Notes under the pieces: model-generated
Database searches by the model: none
What the model was told of the DNA's origin: nothing
What the model saw: only the letters and a program-made list of their open reading frames with translations
Made by a program: the position numbers and the translations under genes
Source: Deltaproteobacteria bacterium
Lineage (GTDB): Bacteria > Desulfobacterota_D > UBA1144 > Nemesobacterales > UBA2774
Length of the DNA: 64,000 nucleotides
Assembly (NCBI GenBank): GCA_029262275.1
Contig: JAJCZS010000009.1
Span: 4,284 to 68,283, forward strand
Reading direction: 5' to 3'
Shown here: piece after piece, positions 49,505-59,705 of the stretch
How the letters are laid out: every line of letters starts with the position of its first letter
How positions within the stretch are numbered: position 1 is the first letter of the stretch

Positions 49505-50956
49505 GTGGAAAAAGATAAAAAAAATGAAAAATCAAAAGAGACTAAATCAGGTGCAAGCCGTCGTGACTTTCTCAAAAACACAACAATTGCTGCAGGAGCT
49601 GTAGCAGCGGCAATGACTGTTCCTGGGGTTTCTTCGGCTTCAGCTAAGGAGGAATGCCAACCGACTAATCCATACGGATCACGTCCGGGTGGTGGTGTAA
49701 GTCTTCCAGATTACTATAAGCCGTGGCCTGCAATTAAGAACAATAACTTCTATATCCCAGGCCAAGAAATACTACCTAAAAATGAAATGAGGATTTTTTT
49801 CCTAGGTAGCACACCATGGCCTCCGACACAATTGCAGTCAGGGACCTCTATGCTTGTGGAGCTTGGGAACGGAACAATGCAGCCGCGCCGCTTTTTCTTC
49901 GATATGGGTAACGGAAGTATACGAAATGCTATAGCACTCCAGGTACCCGCACCTCTTATCAACGACATATTTCTTAGCCATCTTCACTCTGACCATTTTG
50001 CAGATCTTCCGTATATGTATCCCTTCCGAGCTTTTTCGGGAGGATTTGAAGCGCTTAGGGTATACGGTCCATCAGGCAGAACCCCAGAGCTTGGAACCAA
50101 GCACATGATAAAACATATGCGTGAGATGAACCGCTGGCATGAGGAAAGTTTTAACGTCAACCCAATGGGGGACGGTTTGGAGATAGAGGTAACAGAGTTT
50201 GACTGGAAAGAAGAAAATGGAATTGTCTATAATAAGGACGGCGTTGTTGTCAGACACTGGCCACGCTCACACGTTAAGGACGGAGCCTCGGCATACCGTT
50301 TAGACTGGGAAGACGCAGGTCTTTCATTTGTCTGGACAGGTGACGGCCGACCTGATGAGCTCTCCGCTAAATACGGTAAGGGTGCTGACGTGTTTGTCTC
50401 AGAAGGGACTATCGACACCCCGACGCTTTCGTCATATAAGCTGGGTGCGCCACCAGAGCTATGGGAATACACTATCGACATTTTCCACACCATGTACTAT
50501 GCAGCGGGGTATTTATTTAAACAGGCTCAGCCCCGAATTGGATGCATTTGCCACTACGAGTGGTCTGGCGCCGGTCTGGATGCAGAATCAGTGGCTGAAG
50601 TTCGCTCAAACTGGGATGGATTGTTTATGTTCGGCGGACCAGATGTTCAAGTTCTTAATGTTTCTAAAGATGCCATTTGGGCTCGTGAGGCTCTGATGCC
50701 TGAAGGAGCTGCTCCACCTTCAATGGACCCTAGGTGGTTACTGAAACCGGGTGAGAAACTGCCTGAGACAATGACACTACCTACACCAACACTGCCTCGT
50801 GAGAAACAGCAGGAGCAGTTTGTGCGTGATCTGGAAATCGACCCTCATAAATACTACCCACCTGGTGAGTACAGAAAGCCTGTACAGAAATGGCCGGGTA
50901 TTACATTGAACCCGCGTGAGATGCTTGCAGCACGAGGAATCAAGGTAGACGACTAG
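49505..50956 (+). CDS. Tat-exported MBL-fold hydrolase (RNase Z/arylsulfatase-like, GntH-like)
   Basis: SRRDFLK twin-arginine signal; HLHSDH motif. Confidence 0.75.
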   Translation: MEKDKKNEKSKETKSGASRRDFLKNTTIAAGAVAAAMTVPGVSSASAKEECQPTNPYGSRPGGGVSLPDYYKPWPAIKNNNFYIPGQEILPKNEMRIFFLGSTPWPPTQLQSGTSMLVELGNGTMQPRRFFFDMGNGSIRNAIALQVPAPLINDIFLSHLHSDHFADLPYMYPFRAFSGGFEALRVYGPSGRTPELGTKHMIKHMREMNRWHEESFNVNPMGDGLEIEVTEFDWKEENGIVYNKDGVVVRHWPRSHVKDGASAYRLDWEDAGLSFVWTGDGRPDELSAKYGKGADVFVSEGTIDTPTLSSYKLGAPPELWEYTIDIFHTMYYAAGYLFKQAQPRIGCICHYEWSGAGLDAESVAEVRSNWDGLFMFGGPDVQVLNVSKDAIWAREALMPEGAAPPSMDPRWLLKPGEKLPETMTLPTPTLPREKQQEQFVRDLEIDPHKYYPPGEYRKPVQKWPGITLNPREMLAARGIKVDD

Positions 50957-50990
50957 ATAAAATATTAACCGCGCTGCCTATCAATGTGCG

Positions 50991-52037
50991 GTGTGTAGAA
51001 AACACATAATGAACAAAGACAAAATACTAGCACCTGCACCTAGAACGGAACCTATTGTCATACCGGGACGCGACCCAGTACCGGTCACGCTTTTGACCGG
51101 GTTTCTTGGAGCTGGGAAAACAACACTGTTGAACCGCATCTTAAACGGGGACCACGGCCTTAGGGTCGGCGTACTGGTAAACGACTTCGGTGCTATCAAC
51201 ATTGACGCAGAGCTAGTTGACGGTGTAGAGGAAAACACCATTCACCTCTCAAACGGATGCGTGTGCTGCGAAATCCGTGATGACCTTGTGGAATCACTGG
51301 AACAGCTACTTACCCGAGATGAGGTTGTGGACTACGTTCTCCTGGAGGCAAGCGGAGTTTCAGATCCAGGGAGCATCACTGCAACTTTTCTCAATCCTAA
51401 ATATGAAAAACTACTCCGGTTGGACAGCATTACCTGCGTTGTAGATGCGGACGGTATTTTTAAGCATGGTGACAATGAGGAGTTAAACTTTTTGAAGATG
51501 CGTCAGATAGGATATGCTGACATGGTCGTCCTTAACAAAGTTGACCTTGTCGGTCCCGTACATATTGAGGTTATTAAAGAGTGGATCGATCATCATCTGA
51601 AAAGAGTACGAATCATTGAAGCTGTAAATTGCGATGTGCCTTTAGATATCCTACTCGCAGTTGGACGTTTCCATCCCAAAAATGCACTACTAGAAAATGA
51701 GAAATCTGAGTCCAGCCACAAGCACGTATCAGCTAAAGGAATGTTCGAGAGATGGAGCTACGAAACAAATAAACCCTTTTCACTAGAAGCACTGAGGAAA
51801 ATGGTACAGAGAGAGCTTCCGGCATCAGTTTACCGGTGTAAGGGGATTGTTTTTATAGCTGACACCCCTGAGAAGCGCTTTGCCTTGCAGATAGTGGGGC
51901 GCCGCACTGAGATCTCAGAGCTGGACGACTGGAGCGACCGCAGTCCGCACACTCAGATCGTTGCCATAGGTGAGTCGGGTGGGATTGATTCTAATGAGCT
52001 CAGTAGCAAGTTTGATGAGTGTTTAGAACAATCATAA
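50991..52037 (+). CDS. CobW/COG0523 metallochaperone GTPase
   Basis: TGFLGAGKTT, VNDFG, GCVCC, EASG and NKVD motifs. Confidence 0.92.
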   Translation: MCRKHIMNKDKILAPAPRTEPIVIPGRDPVPVTLLTGFLGAGKTTLLNRILNGDHGLRVGVLVNDFGAINIDAELVDGVEENTIHLSNGCVCCEIRDDLVESLEQLLTRDEVVDYVLLEASGVSDPGSITATFLNPKYEKLLRLDSITCVVDADGIFKHGDNEELNFLKMRQIGYADMVVLNKVDLVGPVHIEVIKEWIDHHLKRVRIIEAVNCDVPLDILLAVGRFHPKNALLENEKSESSHKHVSAKGMFERWSYETNKPFSLEALRKMVQRELPASVYRCKGIVFIADTPEKRFALQIVGRRTEISELDDWSDRSPHTQIVAIGESGGIDSNELSSKFDECLEQS

Positions 52038-52058
52038 CCTAAGGTATTAAATTGGTTC

Positions 52059-52139
52059 TTGGATACATCCGAAACTGTACTCTCCCATCACATCTCTTAA
52101 GCCATTTAGTATAGATCACTTGACCGGAGTTTGGTTTAG
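52059..52139 (+). pseudogene. decayed duplicate of the last 27 codons of comM (direct repeat of 49326-49406)
   Basis: [24 protein letters not shown] versus [26 protein letters not shown]. Confidence 0.85.
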
Positions 52140-52171
52140 AATCTTATAATGTATATGCTTTAATTAAATAG

Positions 52172-52771
52172 ATGACTAAACCTATCCACTACCAAATAGG
52201 CTTGTCTGAGCCTTGTCGCCAAAGAGCTGCGGAGCTTTATGAAGAGGCTTTCCAACAAAAATTCACACCTATTGTTAAATCCAGAGAGAAAATGGTTGAG
52301 ATTCTGGTTGATGGTATACAGCCAGAACTTTCGGTGGTCGCTCTTGAAGGAGACCGCCTGGTTGGGCTTGCTGGTTTTTACCACTCCTCAAATTCCTTCA
52401 CTGGAGGAATTAATACTTCAAATATTATCAAACGGCTTGGTTTAATTAGAGGACTTTGGACAGTAGTACTATTTGGAATTCTCTATGAGAGAAAAGTATC
52501 AGAAGGTGAGTTGTTTATGGATGGAATTGTAGTAGATCCAGAGATGAGGGGGAGAGGAGTTGGAACTGCAATTTTGGACAAGCTCTCTGAGTTTGCAAAA
52601 GAGAGCGGATATAGAACAATAAAATTGCAAGTCATTGATACAAATAACCGAGCAAGAAATCTATATGAAAGCCAGGGATTTATAGAAATAAAAACAGAAC
52701 ACTACTCTTACCTTAAACCATTTCTTGGTTTTTCTTCGTCAACTACGATGGTTAAGGAGCTAGGAGAATAG
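52172..52771 (+). CDS. GNAT family N-acetyltransferase
   Basis: VDPEMRGRGVG and ARNLYESQGF motifs. Confidence 0.88.
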   Translation: MTKPIHYQIGLSEPCRQRAAELYEEAFQQKFTPIVKSREKMVEILVDGIQPELSVVALEGDRLVGLAGFYHSSNSFTGGINTSNIIKRLGLIRGLWTVVLFGILYERKVSEGELFMDGIVVDPEMRGRGVGTAILDKLSEFAKESGYRTIKLQVIDTNNRARNLYESQGFIEIKTEHYSYLKPFLGFSSSTTMVKELGE

Positions 52772-52787
52772 AGAGAATTAATAATAT

Positions 52788-53210
52788 TCACGCATCAGTA
52801 TGTACTGCTAGTTCCCAAATATTTTGGATTTTTGAGTCAACTATTTGAAAAATTGAGATGAACTTTTCGGCTTTTACTACTCCGTCTTTCGAATACATCT
52901 TTTCAGTGAATTTAACAGTGACATAATCCCCACTTACGAGAATCATTTCAAAAGGAAGGAACTTTACTCTTTCATATTTCGAATTTAGATCTTCAAGATA
53001 ATTAAAAGTTAAATTGTAATCCCAGACTTCATTGTTTTTATAAATCCTAAGATCAGGACTCATAAGAACTGAGAAGAGAGATAGGTTTTTTTGTTCTATC
53101 AAAGTGTAGAACGCAGTGGCCGTGATGTTTATATTGTTCCTTGAAAGCTCCGGGTTGGCTTCATCCAGAACTTCAACTTCGGCAATATTGTTTGAGAGCA
53201 TATCTGCCAT
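52788..53210 (-). CDS. NTF2/SnoaL-like protein
   Basis: SGDYV...SIFQIVDSKIQNIWE pattern. Confidence 0.6.
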   Translation of the reverse strand: MADMLSNNIAEVEVLDEANPELSRNNINITATAFYTLIEQKNLSLFSVLMSPDLRIYKNNEVWDYNLTFNYLEDLNSKYERVKFLPFEMILVSGDYVTVKFTEKMYSKDGVVKAEKFISIFQIVDSKIQNIWELAVHTDA

Positions 53211-53334
53211 TGTTAACTTACTCCATAATTTTAAATTTTAGGTTAGCAGATATCTAAAAAACTCTAAGCGCTAATACAATAGACTTATAAAAAAGCCAAT
53301 TCCCATTATAATTAATAAGAAAAGGAGTCCTATA

Positions 53335-53616
53335 ATGAAAGCAATTTGGAAAGGTCAGATAATAGCAGAAAGCGATAATACTGTGGTTGTAGAAGGCAAT
53401 CATTATTTCCCTGCCGGAAGCATTAAAAAAGAATTTTTTAAAGAGAGCACTAAAAATACGAGCTGCCCTTGGAAGGGAGTTGCAAGCTACTATCATATTG
53501 AAGTAGGTGGCAATGTTAATGAAGATGCCGCGTGGCATTACCCTGATCCAAAGGAAGCTGCAAAGGAAATTAAAGACCACCTCGCATTTTGGAAAGGCGT
53601 GGAAGTTACATCTTAA
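53335..53616 (+). CDS. DUF427 domain protein
   Basis: VEGNHYFP, CPWKGVASY, DAAWHY. Confidence 0.92.
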   Translation: MKAIWKGQIIAESDNTVVVEGNHYFPAGSIKKEFFKESTKNTSCPWKGVASYYHIEVGGNVNEDAAWHYPDPKEAAKEIKDHLAFWKGVEVTS

Positions 53617-53624
53617 GAAATATC

Positions 53625-54230
53625 TTAGGAATAGTTTTTCTTATAGAACAAGAGCGCGTCTTCTAGTCTGTCATTTCCCCAAAATATCTCGTCGCCAATG
53701 ACAAAAGTAGGCGCACCGAATATTCCTTTATCTGCCGAGAGCTGTGTTTGCGCTCTGAGTTTATCCTTATTTTCTTGCACTTTTGCCAGCTCCATTATTC
53801 CAGGCGCATCTAACCCCAAAGATAGTAGAATAGAGCCTATTACTTCTTCATCAGCTATCTCTTGGTCTTCAGCAAAATTAGCAATAAACGTTTTCTTAAT
53901 GAACTCTGGAACCCAGGTCTCATCCTCAAAAGCTAATGTAATCCTTGCTGCAAGAATGCCATTTCTTGGAAACTCAGCAGGCTTCTTAAAGGGGATAATA
54001 TACTTTTGAGACAGGCGTTCAATATCACGCCACATATATTTTCCCTTGGCCTCATGAATATTAAAAGGGGACGTATTCCATCCTTGGTCTTTAAATACCG
54101 GACCCAATAGAAATGGCTTCCATTCAATAGTTATGCTCGCCTTCTTGGCAATTTCTTCAATACGGAACACTGATAGGTATGAGTATGTGCTTGCAAATTC
54201 AAACCAGAACTCGAATTTAGGTTTATCCAT
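53625..54230 (-). CDS. 2-hydroxychromene-2-carboxylate isomerase / DsbA-like protein
   Basis: FEFASTYSY, WKPFLLG, GIFGAPTF, FWGNDRL. Confidence 0.9.
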   Translation of the reverse strand: MDKPKFEFWFEFASTYSYLSVFRIEEIAKKASITIEWKPFLLGPVFKDQGWNTSPFNIHEAKGKYMWRDIERLSQKYIIPFKKPAEFPRNGILAARITLAFEDETWVPEFIKKTFIANFAEDQEIADEEVIGSILLSLGLDAPGIMELAKVQENKDKLRAQTQLSADKGIFGAPTFVIGDEIFWGNDRLEDALLFYKKNYS

Positions 54231-54324
54231 CTCTAAGGTCCCAAAAAAAATCCCACCTGGTTTTATAGCCCCAAATGGGATTTTTGTTTAATTTGAAATA
54301 CAATGAATGAACAATAATCTACAG

Positions 54325-54822
54325 CTACGCAGCAGTACTTCTCTCTGAGAGCTGCGTATCCAAAATAAGGAGAGCTGAACTACTGTCACCTGCTAAATTT
54401 AATTTATCTAATATCTCTTGAGCACTCTTTTCTTCCTCTACTTGCTCTTGAATAAACCACTGAAGTTCGACAGAAGTAGCATGATCATTTTCACTCAATG
54501 CCTGCTCATATAGCCTATTTATCATTCCAGTTACCTCTCTTTCCTGATCGAGAACTAATTGGAAAATTTCTTTAAGTGATTTAAATTTAGTCTGAGGTTT
54601 TCCAATTGACTGAAGCACCACACGTCCATCACGATTAAGAACATAATCAAATATTCTCATAGCATGTGTTAATTCTTCTTGACTCTGCATTCTCATCCAG
54701 TTGGCAAAACCCTGCATGTTGATAGACTCGCAATATGCAGCCATGGAAAGATATGTATATGAGGCGAAGTATTCATTTTTAATCTGATCATTGAGTGCAT
54801 CTTGAATTTCTTTGCTTAGCAT
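54325..54822 (-). CDS. ftnA: non-heme ferritin
   Basis: QIKNE...QSQEELTHA...EQVEEE ferroxidase residues. Confidence 0.9.
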   Translation of the reverse strand: MLSKEIQDALNDQIKNEYFASYTYLSMAAYCESINMQGFANWMRMQSQEELTHAMRIFDYVLNRDGRVVLQSIGKPQTKFKSLKEIFQLVLDQEREVTGMINRLYEQALSENDHATSVELQWFIQEQVEEEKSAQEILDKLNLAGDSSSALLILDTQLSERSTAA

Positions 54823-55116
54823 TTTAGCCTCCGTAGGAATTGTTGTCTTGTTTTATGACACTAACTTTATCATACCAATAAACTTCTATTTATTATGTCA
54901 TAAATTAAGACTAATTCCAAGTGATTACTAGGTGGAAATAACTACCATTTAGATTTTGAATCAAAATTATTGAGATTCTACGTATCTATCTGTAATAAGC
55001 TTGCAGTTTCATTGGAGGAGTCTCATATAATTTACGATAAATTCTTAAGTCATTGGCTTTTGGTTTATTTCCAATAATAATAGTAACAAACACTCTGTAA
55101 ATGCTTATCAAAGGTA

Positions 55117-56400
55117 ATGATGTCTACTTCTTATTCTCATAAAACTAAACGTGGAGAAATACTGAGCTGGTGCATGTACGACTGGGCTAACTCCGCCTTT
55201 GCAACAACTATTATGGCAGCCGTGCTCCCTGTTTATTACAGCCAGGTTGCTGGAGCTGATTTAGCGGCAAATACTGCAACAGTTTACTGGGGCTATACCA
55301 CAGCCGGAGCGCTACTAATCACAGCCCTCCTTGCACCCATCATGGGTGCAATTGCTGATTATTCGGGAGTAAAGAAAAAACTCTTGATGACCTTTGCGGC
55401 AATAGGAATATTCGCAACAGCACTTCTATACTTTGTAACCACTGGCGATTGGCTACTAGCCTCTATACTTTTTATTGTAGGAAACATAGGGTTTGCAATA
55501 TCAGAGGTCTTCTACAACTCCCTCCTGCCGCATGTGGCGGCGCCTGAGAACATAGACCAGGTATCTACAAAAGGATACGCCTTGGGATATCTGGGAGGAG
55601 GAATCTTACTTGGAATAAACGTATTAATGATAGAGTTTATGTCCGATAAGTTGCTTGCCACTCGCCTTTCTTTTATAACCGTCTCAATTTGGTGGGCCCT
55701 ATTTACAATCCCTATTATAAAAAATGTTAGGGAGCCCAAGGTTAGTAAAAGCAAAGAGCCGCATACAAATCCTCTAACAGGTGGGTTTACAAGACTTAGG
55801 AAAACATTTAGAGAACTTAGAAGCTACAGACAATTATCTCTCTTCTTGTTAGCGTTTTGGATATATAACGATGGAATAGGGACCATAATAAAAATGGCAA
55901 CTATATACGGAGCTGAAATAGGTATAGATCAGACAGCTTTGATTGGGGCTCTTCTCATGACGCAGTTTGTAGGCATCCCGTTTGCCTTCGCTTTTGGAAG
56001 ATTAGCAAGATTTATCGGAACTAAAAATTCGATCATGATTGGACTATTTGTATACACCGTCATTTCAATTAGCGGCTACTTTATGCAGACTGCTCTTCAC
56101 TTTTGGATACTAGCCTTCTTGGTAGGCACAGTCCAGGGGGGAACTCAAGCTTTAAGCCGCTCACTTTTTGGCTCAATGCTGCCTAAATCAAAAACTGGAG
56201 AATTTTACGGTTTCTATGGAATGAGTTCAAAATTTGCAGGTATAGTTGGCCCCTTGGTATTTGCCGTTGTATCTCAGATTGCGGGCTCAAGTAGGCTAAG
56301 TATTGTCTCCCTAATTGTGTTCTTTATTGTGGGTGGATTTTTACTAAATAGGGTAGATGAAAAAGAAGGCATTAGAGTCGCTCAGGAAAACAATTTTTGA
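55117..56400 (+). CDS. MFS transporter (UMF1/Atg22-like)
   Basis: SWCMYDWANSAF and GGTQALSRS motifs. Confidence 0.9.
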   Translation: MMSTSYSHKTKRGEILSWCMYDWANSAFATTIMAAVLPVYYSQVAGADLAANTATVYWGYTTAGALLITALLAPIMGAIADYSGVKKKLLMTFAAIGIFATALLYFVTTGDWLLASILFIVGNIGFAISEVFYNSLLPHVAAPENIDQVSTKGYALGYLGGGILLGINVLMIEFMSDKLLATRLSFITVSIWWALFTIPIIKNVREPKVSKSKEPHTNPLTGGFTRLRKTFRELRSYRQLSLFLLAFWIYNDGIGTIIKMATIYGAEIGIDQTALIGALLMTQFVGIPFAFAFGRLARFIGTKNSIMIGLFVYTVISISGYFMQTALHFWILAFLVGTVQGGTQALSRSLFGSMLPKSKTGEFYGFYGMSSKFAGIVGPLVFAVVSQIAGSSRLSIVSLIVFFIVGGFLLNRVDEKEGIRVAQENNF

Positions 56401-56501
56401 GCGCAAAATATAGCTTAAAAATCACTTAAAAAATAGTGTTAGATTTTTGCTAAAAAATCTATGTTTTCGGTTGTTTGCATATCAAATTGGGTCTTTAGGC
56501 C

Positions 56502-56724
56502 TGTGGATAACTTGAAAATAATTTGCAATTTTTGTGAAAAAAAGGCTCAAAAATTTGAAGCTAAAAAACATGTGTAACCCCCTGTAATCACGTAACAATA
56601 AAAAAAAACTTGACAAGGTATTTTGCGATCTGTTAGGATGTATTCTACTGGATTGGATGGGACTCTTCACAAACTAAATTTCTACACAAAAGTTATCCAC
56701 ATGCTGTTGATGATTTGTGGATAA
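56502..56724. promoter_or_regulatory. DnaA-box cluster upstream of dnaA
   Basis: Perfect TTATCCACA boxes at 56502-56510 (rev), 56693-56701 and 56716-56724 (rev). Confidence 0.85.
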
Positions 56725-56756
56725 GTTGTCTTTTGTCAACGGGTATCGGAGGATAA

Positions 56757-58259
56757 TTGACTACTAAAAGAACACCCCTAAATAATGATCTCAGATCCTT
56801 GTTTTCGGAAAGCGCTAATGATGATAGGGGATTAGAATTTTTTATCAGTGATCCACAGCTCCCTATATCGATTTCACAGCAAAGAGAAAACTCGGGTTTT
56901 TCTTCAAAGAAAGTAGACTGGCAAGAGGTGCTTGAGAGGATAGAAAAGAAATCTAATCCACAGGTATTTTTCTGGTTTGCACCCCTAAAAGCACTGACTG
57001 AAACTGAAAAGTCTCTTGTACTTGAAGCAAACAACGAATTTGATAGAGACTGGATAGAAAACCATTATGTGGAATTCATTGCAGATACTGTAAAAGAAGT
57101 ATATGGCATTGATGTAGAAGTAAAAATAGTGGCAAATAATAATGATACAGTTGAGAAAACCACAAATAAATCAAAAAATAATGTTGTTAGTAGAAGAGAG
57201 CCGAGATCTGATTTATTTACAGGATTCTTAAGCCCTAACTACACCTTTGACAGATTCATAGTGGGATCAAGTAACCAGTTTGCACACGCTGCCTCCACCG
57301 CGGTTGCAAGAAAACCTGGGGAGGCTTACAACCCGCTTTTTATCTACGGAGGAGTCGGGCTTGGGAAAACACACCTTATAAATGCAATTGGAAACGAAGT
57401 ATTAAAATCAAGCTCCAATATGGCCAGGGTATGCTGTATATCGGCAGAGCACTTCACCAATCAGGTTATAAACAGCATTAAGTCCAACAAGATGGAAGAG
57501 TTTAGGAACAGATACCGTTTTGGCTGTGATGTGCTCCTAATAGACGATATACAATTTATTGCTGGTAAAGAGAGCACCCAAGAGGAGTTTTTCCACACCT
57601 TCAATACTCTCTATGAATCCAAAAAACAGATAGTTCTAACTAGTGATAAATCCCCTAAGGACATGTCGTATTTAGAGGAAAGGCTAAGATCCAGATTTGA
57701 ATGGGGTCTCATAACAGACATTCAGCCTCCTGAGACAGAAACTAGGATTGCTATTATCAAGAATAAGGCTGAGAGTGAGGGAGTGGTGCTTCCAAATGAG
57801 GTTGGGCTCTATATAGCCAAAAACACAACCTCTAACATCCGAGAGCTAGAGGGCACTCTCACAAACATTATTGCTCATGCAAAACTGCTAAATGCCGAGA
57901 TATCTGTTGACCTAGCAAAAGAAGTTCTAAAAAACATTGTAAAGAACCAAGACAATAGATTTGTAACTATAGAGAGCATTCAGAAAGAAGTAGCAAACTT
58001 CTATGGGATGAGGGTACAGGACCTAAAATCGGATAGAAAACAAAAAAACATAGCCGTGCCAAGACAGGTGACTATGTATTTAGCACGCAGATACACTGGT
58101 GCCTCATACCCGGAGATAGGAGAGAAATTTGGTGGTAAAGATCACTCGACAGTAATTCACGCAGTTAAAAAAATGGAAAGGCTCTTGGGTAATGACCCTT
58201 CTTTAACCAAAAACATAGAGGCTTTATCAAGAAAAATAGAAACATTAATGAGTGGATAA
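56757..58259 (+). CDS. dnaA: chromosomal replication initiator
   Basis: YTFDRFIVG, YGGVGLGKTH, LLIDDIQF, RELEG, GGKDHSTV. Confidence 0.98.
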   Translation: MTTKRTPLNNDLRSLFSESANDDRGLEFFISDPQLPISISQQRENSGFSSKKVDWQEVLERIEKKSNPQVFFWFAPLKALTETEKSLVLEANNEFDRDWIENHYVEFIADTVKEVYGIDVEVKIVANNNDTVEKTTNKSKNNVVSRREPRSDLFTGFLSPNYTFDRFIVGSSNQFAHAASTAVARKPGEAYNPLFIYGGVGLGKTHLINAIGNEVLKSSSNMARVCCISAEHFTNQVINSIKSNKMEEFRNRYRFGCDVLLIDDIQFIAGKESTQEEFFHTFNTLYESKKQIVLTSDKSPKDMSYLEERLRSRFEWGLITDIQPPETETRIAIIKNKAESEGVVLPNEVGLYIAKNTTSNIRELEGTLTNIIAHAKLLNAEISVDLAKEVLKNIVKNQDNRFVTIESIQKEVANFYGMRVQDLKSDRKQKNIAVPRQVTMYLARRYTGASYPEIGEKFGGKDHSTVIHAVKKMERLLGNDPSLTKNIEALSRKIETLMSG

Positions 58260-58490
58260 CCGGTGCAAAACCCTGTGGGAGTTTTTGTGGATAAAAAGTT
58301 AAAAAGTGTATATCCTTAAAATCCTGTGGATAGATGTTAATAACTCATCAAAACAATCAACATGTATATCAACACAAATAATAGGGAATATCGCTTTGAA
58401 TATGGGGTAATTAAGATATTCATCCACAAATTCACAGACCCTACTATTATTACTACTATATATTAGAATAATATTTAATATTATAGACAT
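58251..58490. other. oriC unwinding region: DnaA boxes + DnaA-trios + AT-rich tract
   Basis: TGTGGATAA 58286-58294, 1-mismatch boxes at 58251, 58325 and 58420; CTACTATTATTACTACTA trios at 58441, then an AT-rich run. Confidence 0.8.
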
Positions 58491-58502
58491 AGGAGTAGAG
58501 AC

Positions 58503-59603
58503 ATGAAATTCAAAACCCAGGTACAAGATTTTTCACTAAAATTAGGATTGGTTCAGGGAATTTCAGAAAGGCGTGCAACTATGCCTGTTCTTTCTCATGT
58601 TCTAGTTACTCTAAAAAATAATAAGATTGAGATTTCAGCAACTGATCTGGAAACTACCATGAGTACCTGGTGTGAAGCTGAAGTTATGAAAGAAGGTAGT
58701 TTGGCAATACCTGCAAGAAAGTTATATGAAATTGTTAAGGAGCTTCCCGACGGTCAAATAGAGGTTGAAGAGATTGGAAACCATTGGGTAGAGATTAGAA
58801 GTTCTTCTGCAAACTTTAAGGTCGCAGGGCTTCCAAGTGAAGATTTTCCAATTGTGCCTGAGCTGGATTCAGCTAATTTGTTTAGTGTTGAGAGTTTTGT
58901 AATAGAGGACATGATATCAAAGACAATATTTGCTGTCTCCCCTGACGAGCTAAGACGAAACCTTGCTGGAATTTATTTTGAAGAGTCTGCTGAGAAAAAC
59001 TTAAGACTTGTTGCCACAGACGGGCACCGCCTATCTTTGGTTGAGAAAAAGATAGATGGAGGGGTTAAGTTTGATAAGGGGTTTGTTGTTCCTAAAAAAG
59101 GCGTTGCTGAGCTAAGGAAGGTGCTCAGGTTATCAGAGACAGTTAGGATTGGTGTGGGGGATAATTTCTTTATGGCTGAAGGGGAAGATATTGTTCTTAT
59201 AGCTAGACTTATAGATGCAGATTTTCCTGACTACAAACAAGTAACACCTGAGGTTACAAAAGTTACTATCAGCATTGGAAAAGACGAGCTCTTAAGCGCG
59301 CTTAAGAGGGTGTCTATACTTTCCTCAGAGAAAACCAGAAGTGTTAAACTCAACATAGAAAAAGATGCAATTACTCTTGTCTCTGTCTCCCCAGAATTTG
59401 GAGAAGCCAAAGAATCCATTTCTCTAGACTATTCGGGAGAGCCTGCGGAGCTGGGTTTTAATGCCCGATATCTAATGGACGTACTAGAGGCAATTACTCA
59501 GGAAAAAGTTCAAATTGGACTGATCGATGAGCTTAGCCCGGCAGTTATTAGACCTGATGACGATGAGGTTTACATGTCTGTTATTATGCCAATGAGAGTG
59601 TAG
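58503..59603 (+). CDS. dnaN: DNA polymerase III beta clamp
   Basis: ATDLE, VATDGHRL, FPDY, GFNARYL, VIMPMR. Confidence 0.97.
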   Translation: MKFKTQVQDFSLKLGLVQGISERRATMPVLSHVLVTLKNNKIEISATDLETTMSTWCEAEVMKEGSLAIPARKLYEIVKELPDGQIEVEEIGNHWVEIRSSSANFKVAGLPSEDFPIVPELDSANLFSVESFVIEDMISKTIFAVSPDELRRNLAGIYFEESAEKNLRLVATDGHRLSLVEKKIDGGVKFDKGFVVPKKGVAELRKVLRLSETVRIGVGDNFFMAEGEDIVLIARLIDADFPDYKQVTPEVTKVTISIGKDELLSALKRVSILSSEKTRSVKLNIEKDAITLVSVSPEFGEAKESISLDYSGEPAELGFNARYLMDVLEAITQEKVQIGLIDELSPAVIRPDDDEVYMSVIMPMRV

Positions 59604-59705
59604 CTAGTTCTTTTTGTTATTTTTGACATCCGCCTTTATAAACATTAAAGCCGGTATTTGAATAAACAATGTTCTTATTAATTATAACAAGCAAATAGTT
59701 TATTT

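Noticed and set aside
54852-54904. TTTATGACA...TGTCATAAA repeat upstream of ferritin as a Fur/PerR box
   Set aside because: It does not match GATAAT-type boxes, and in an AT-rich spacer it could arise by chance.
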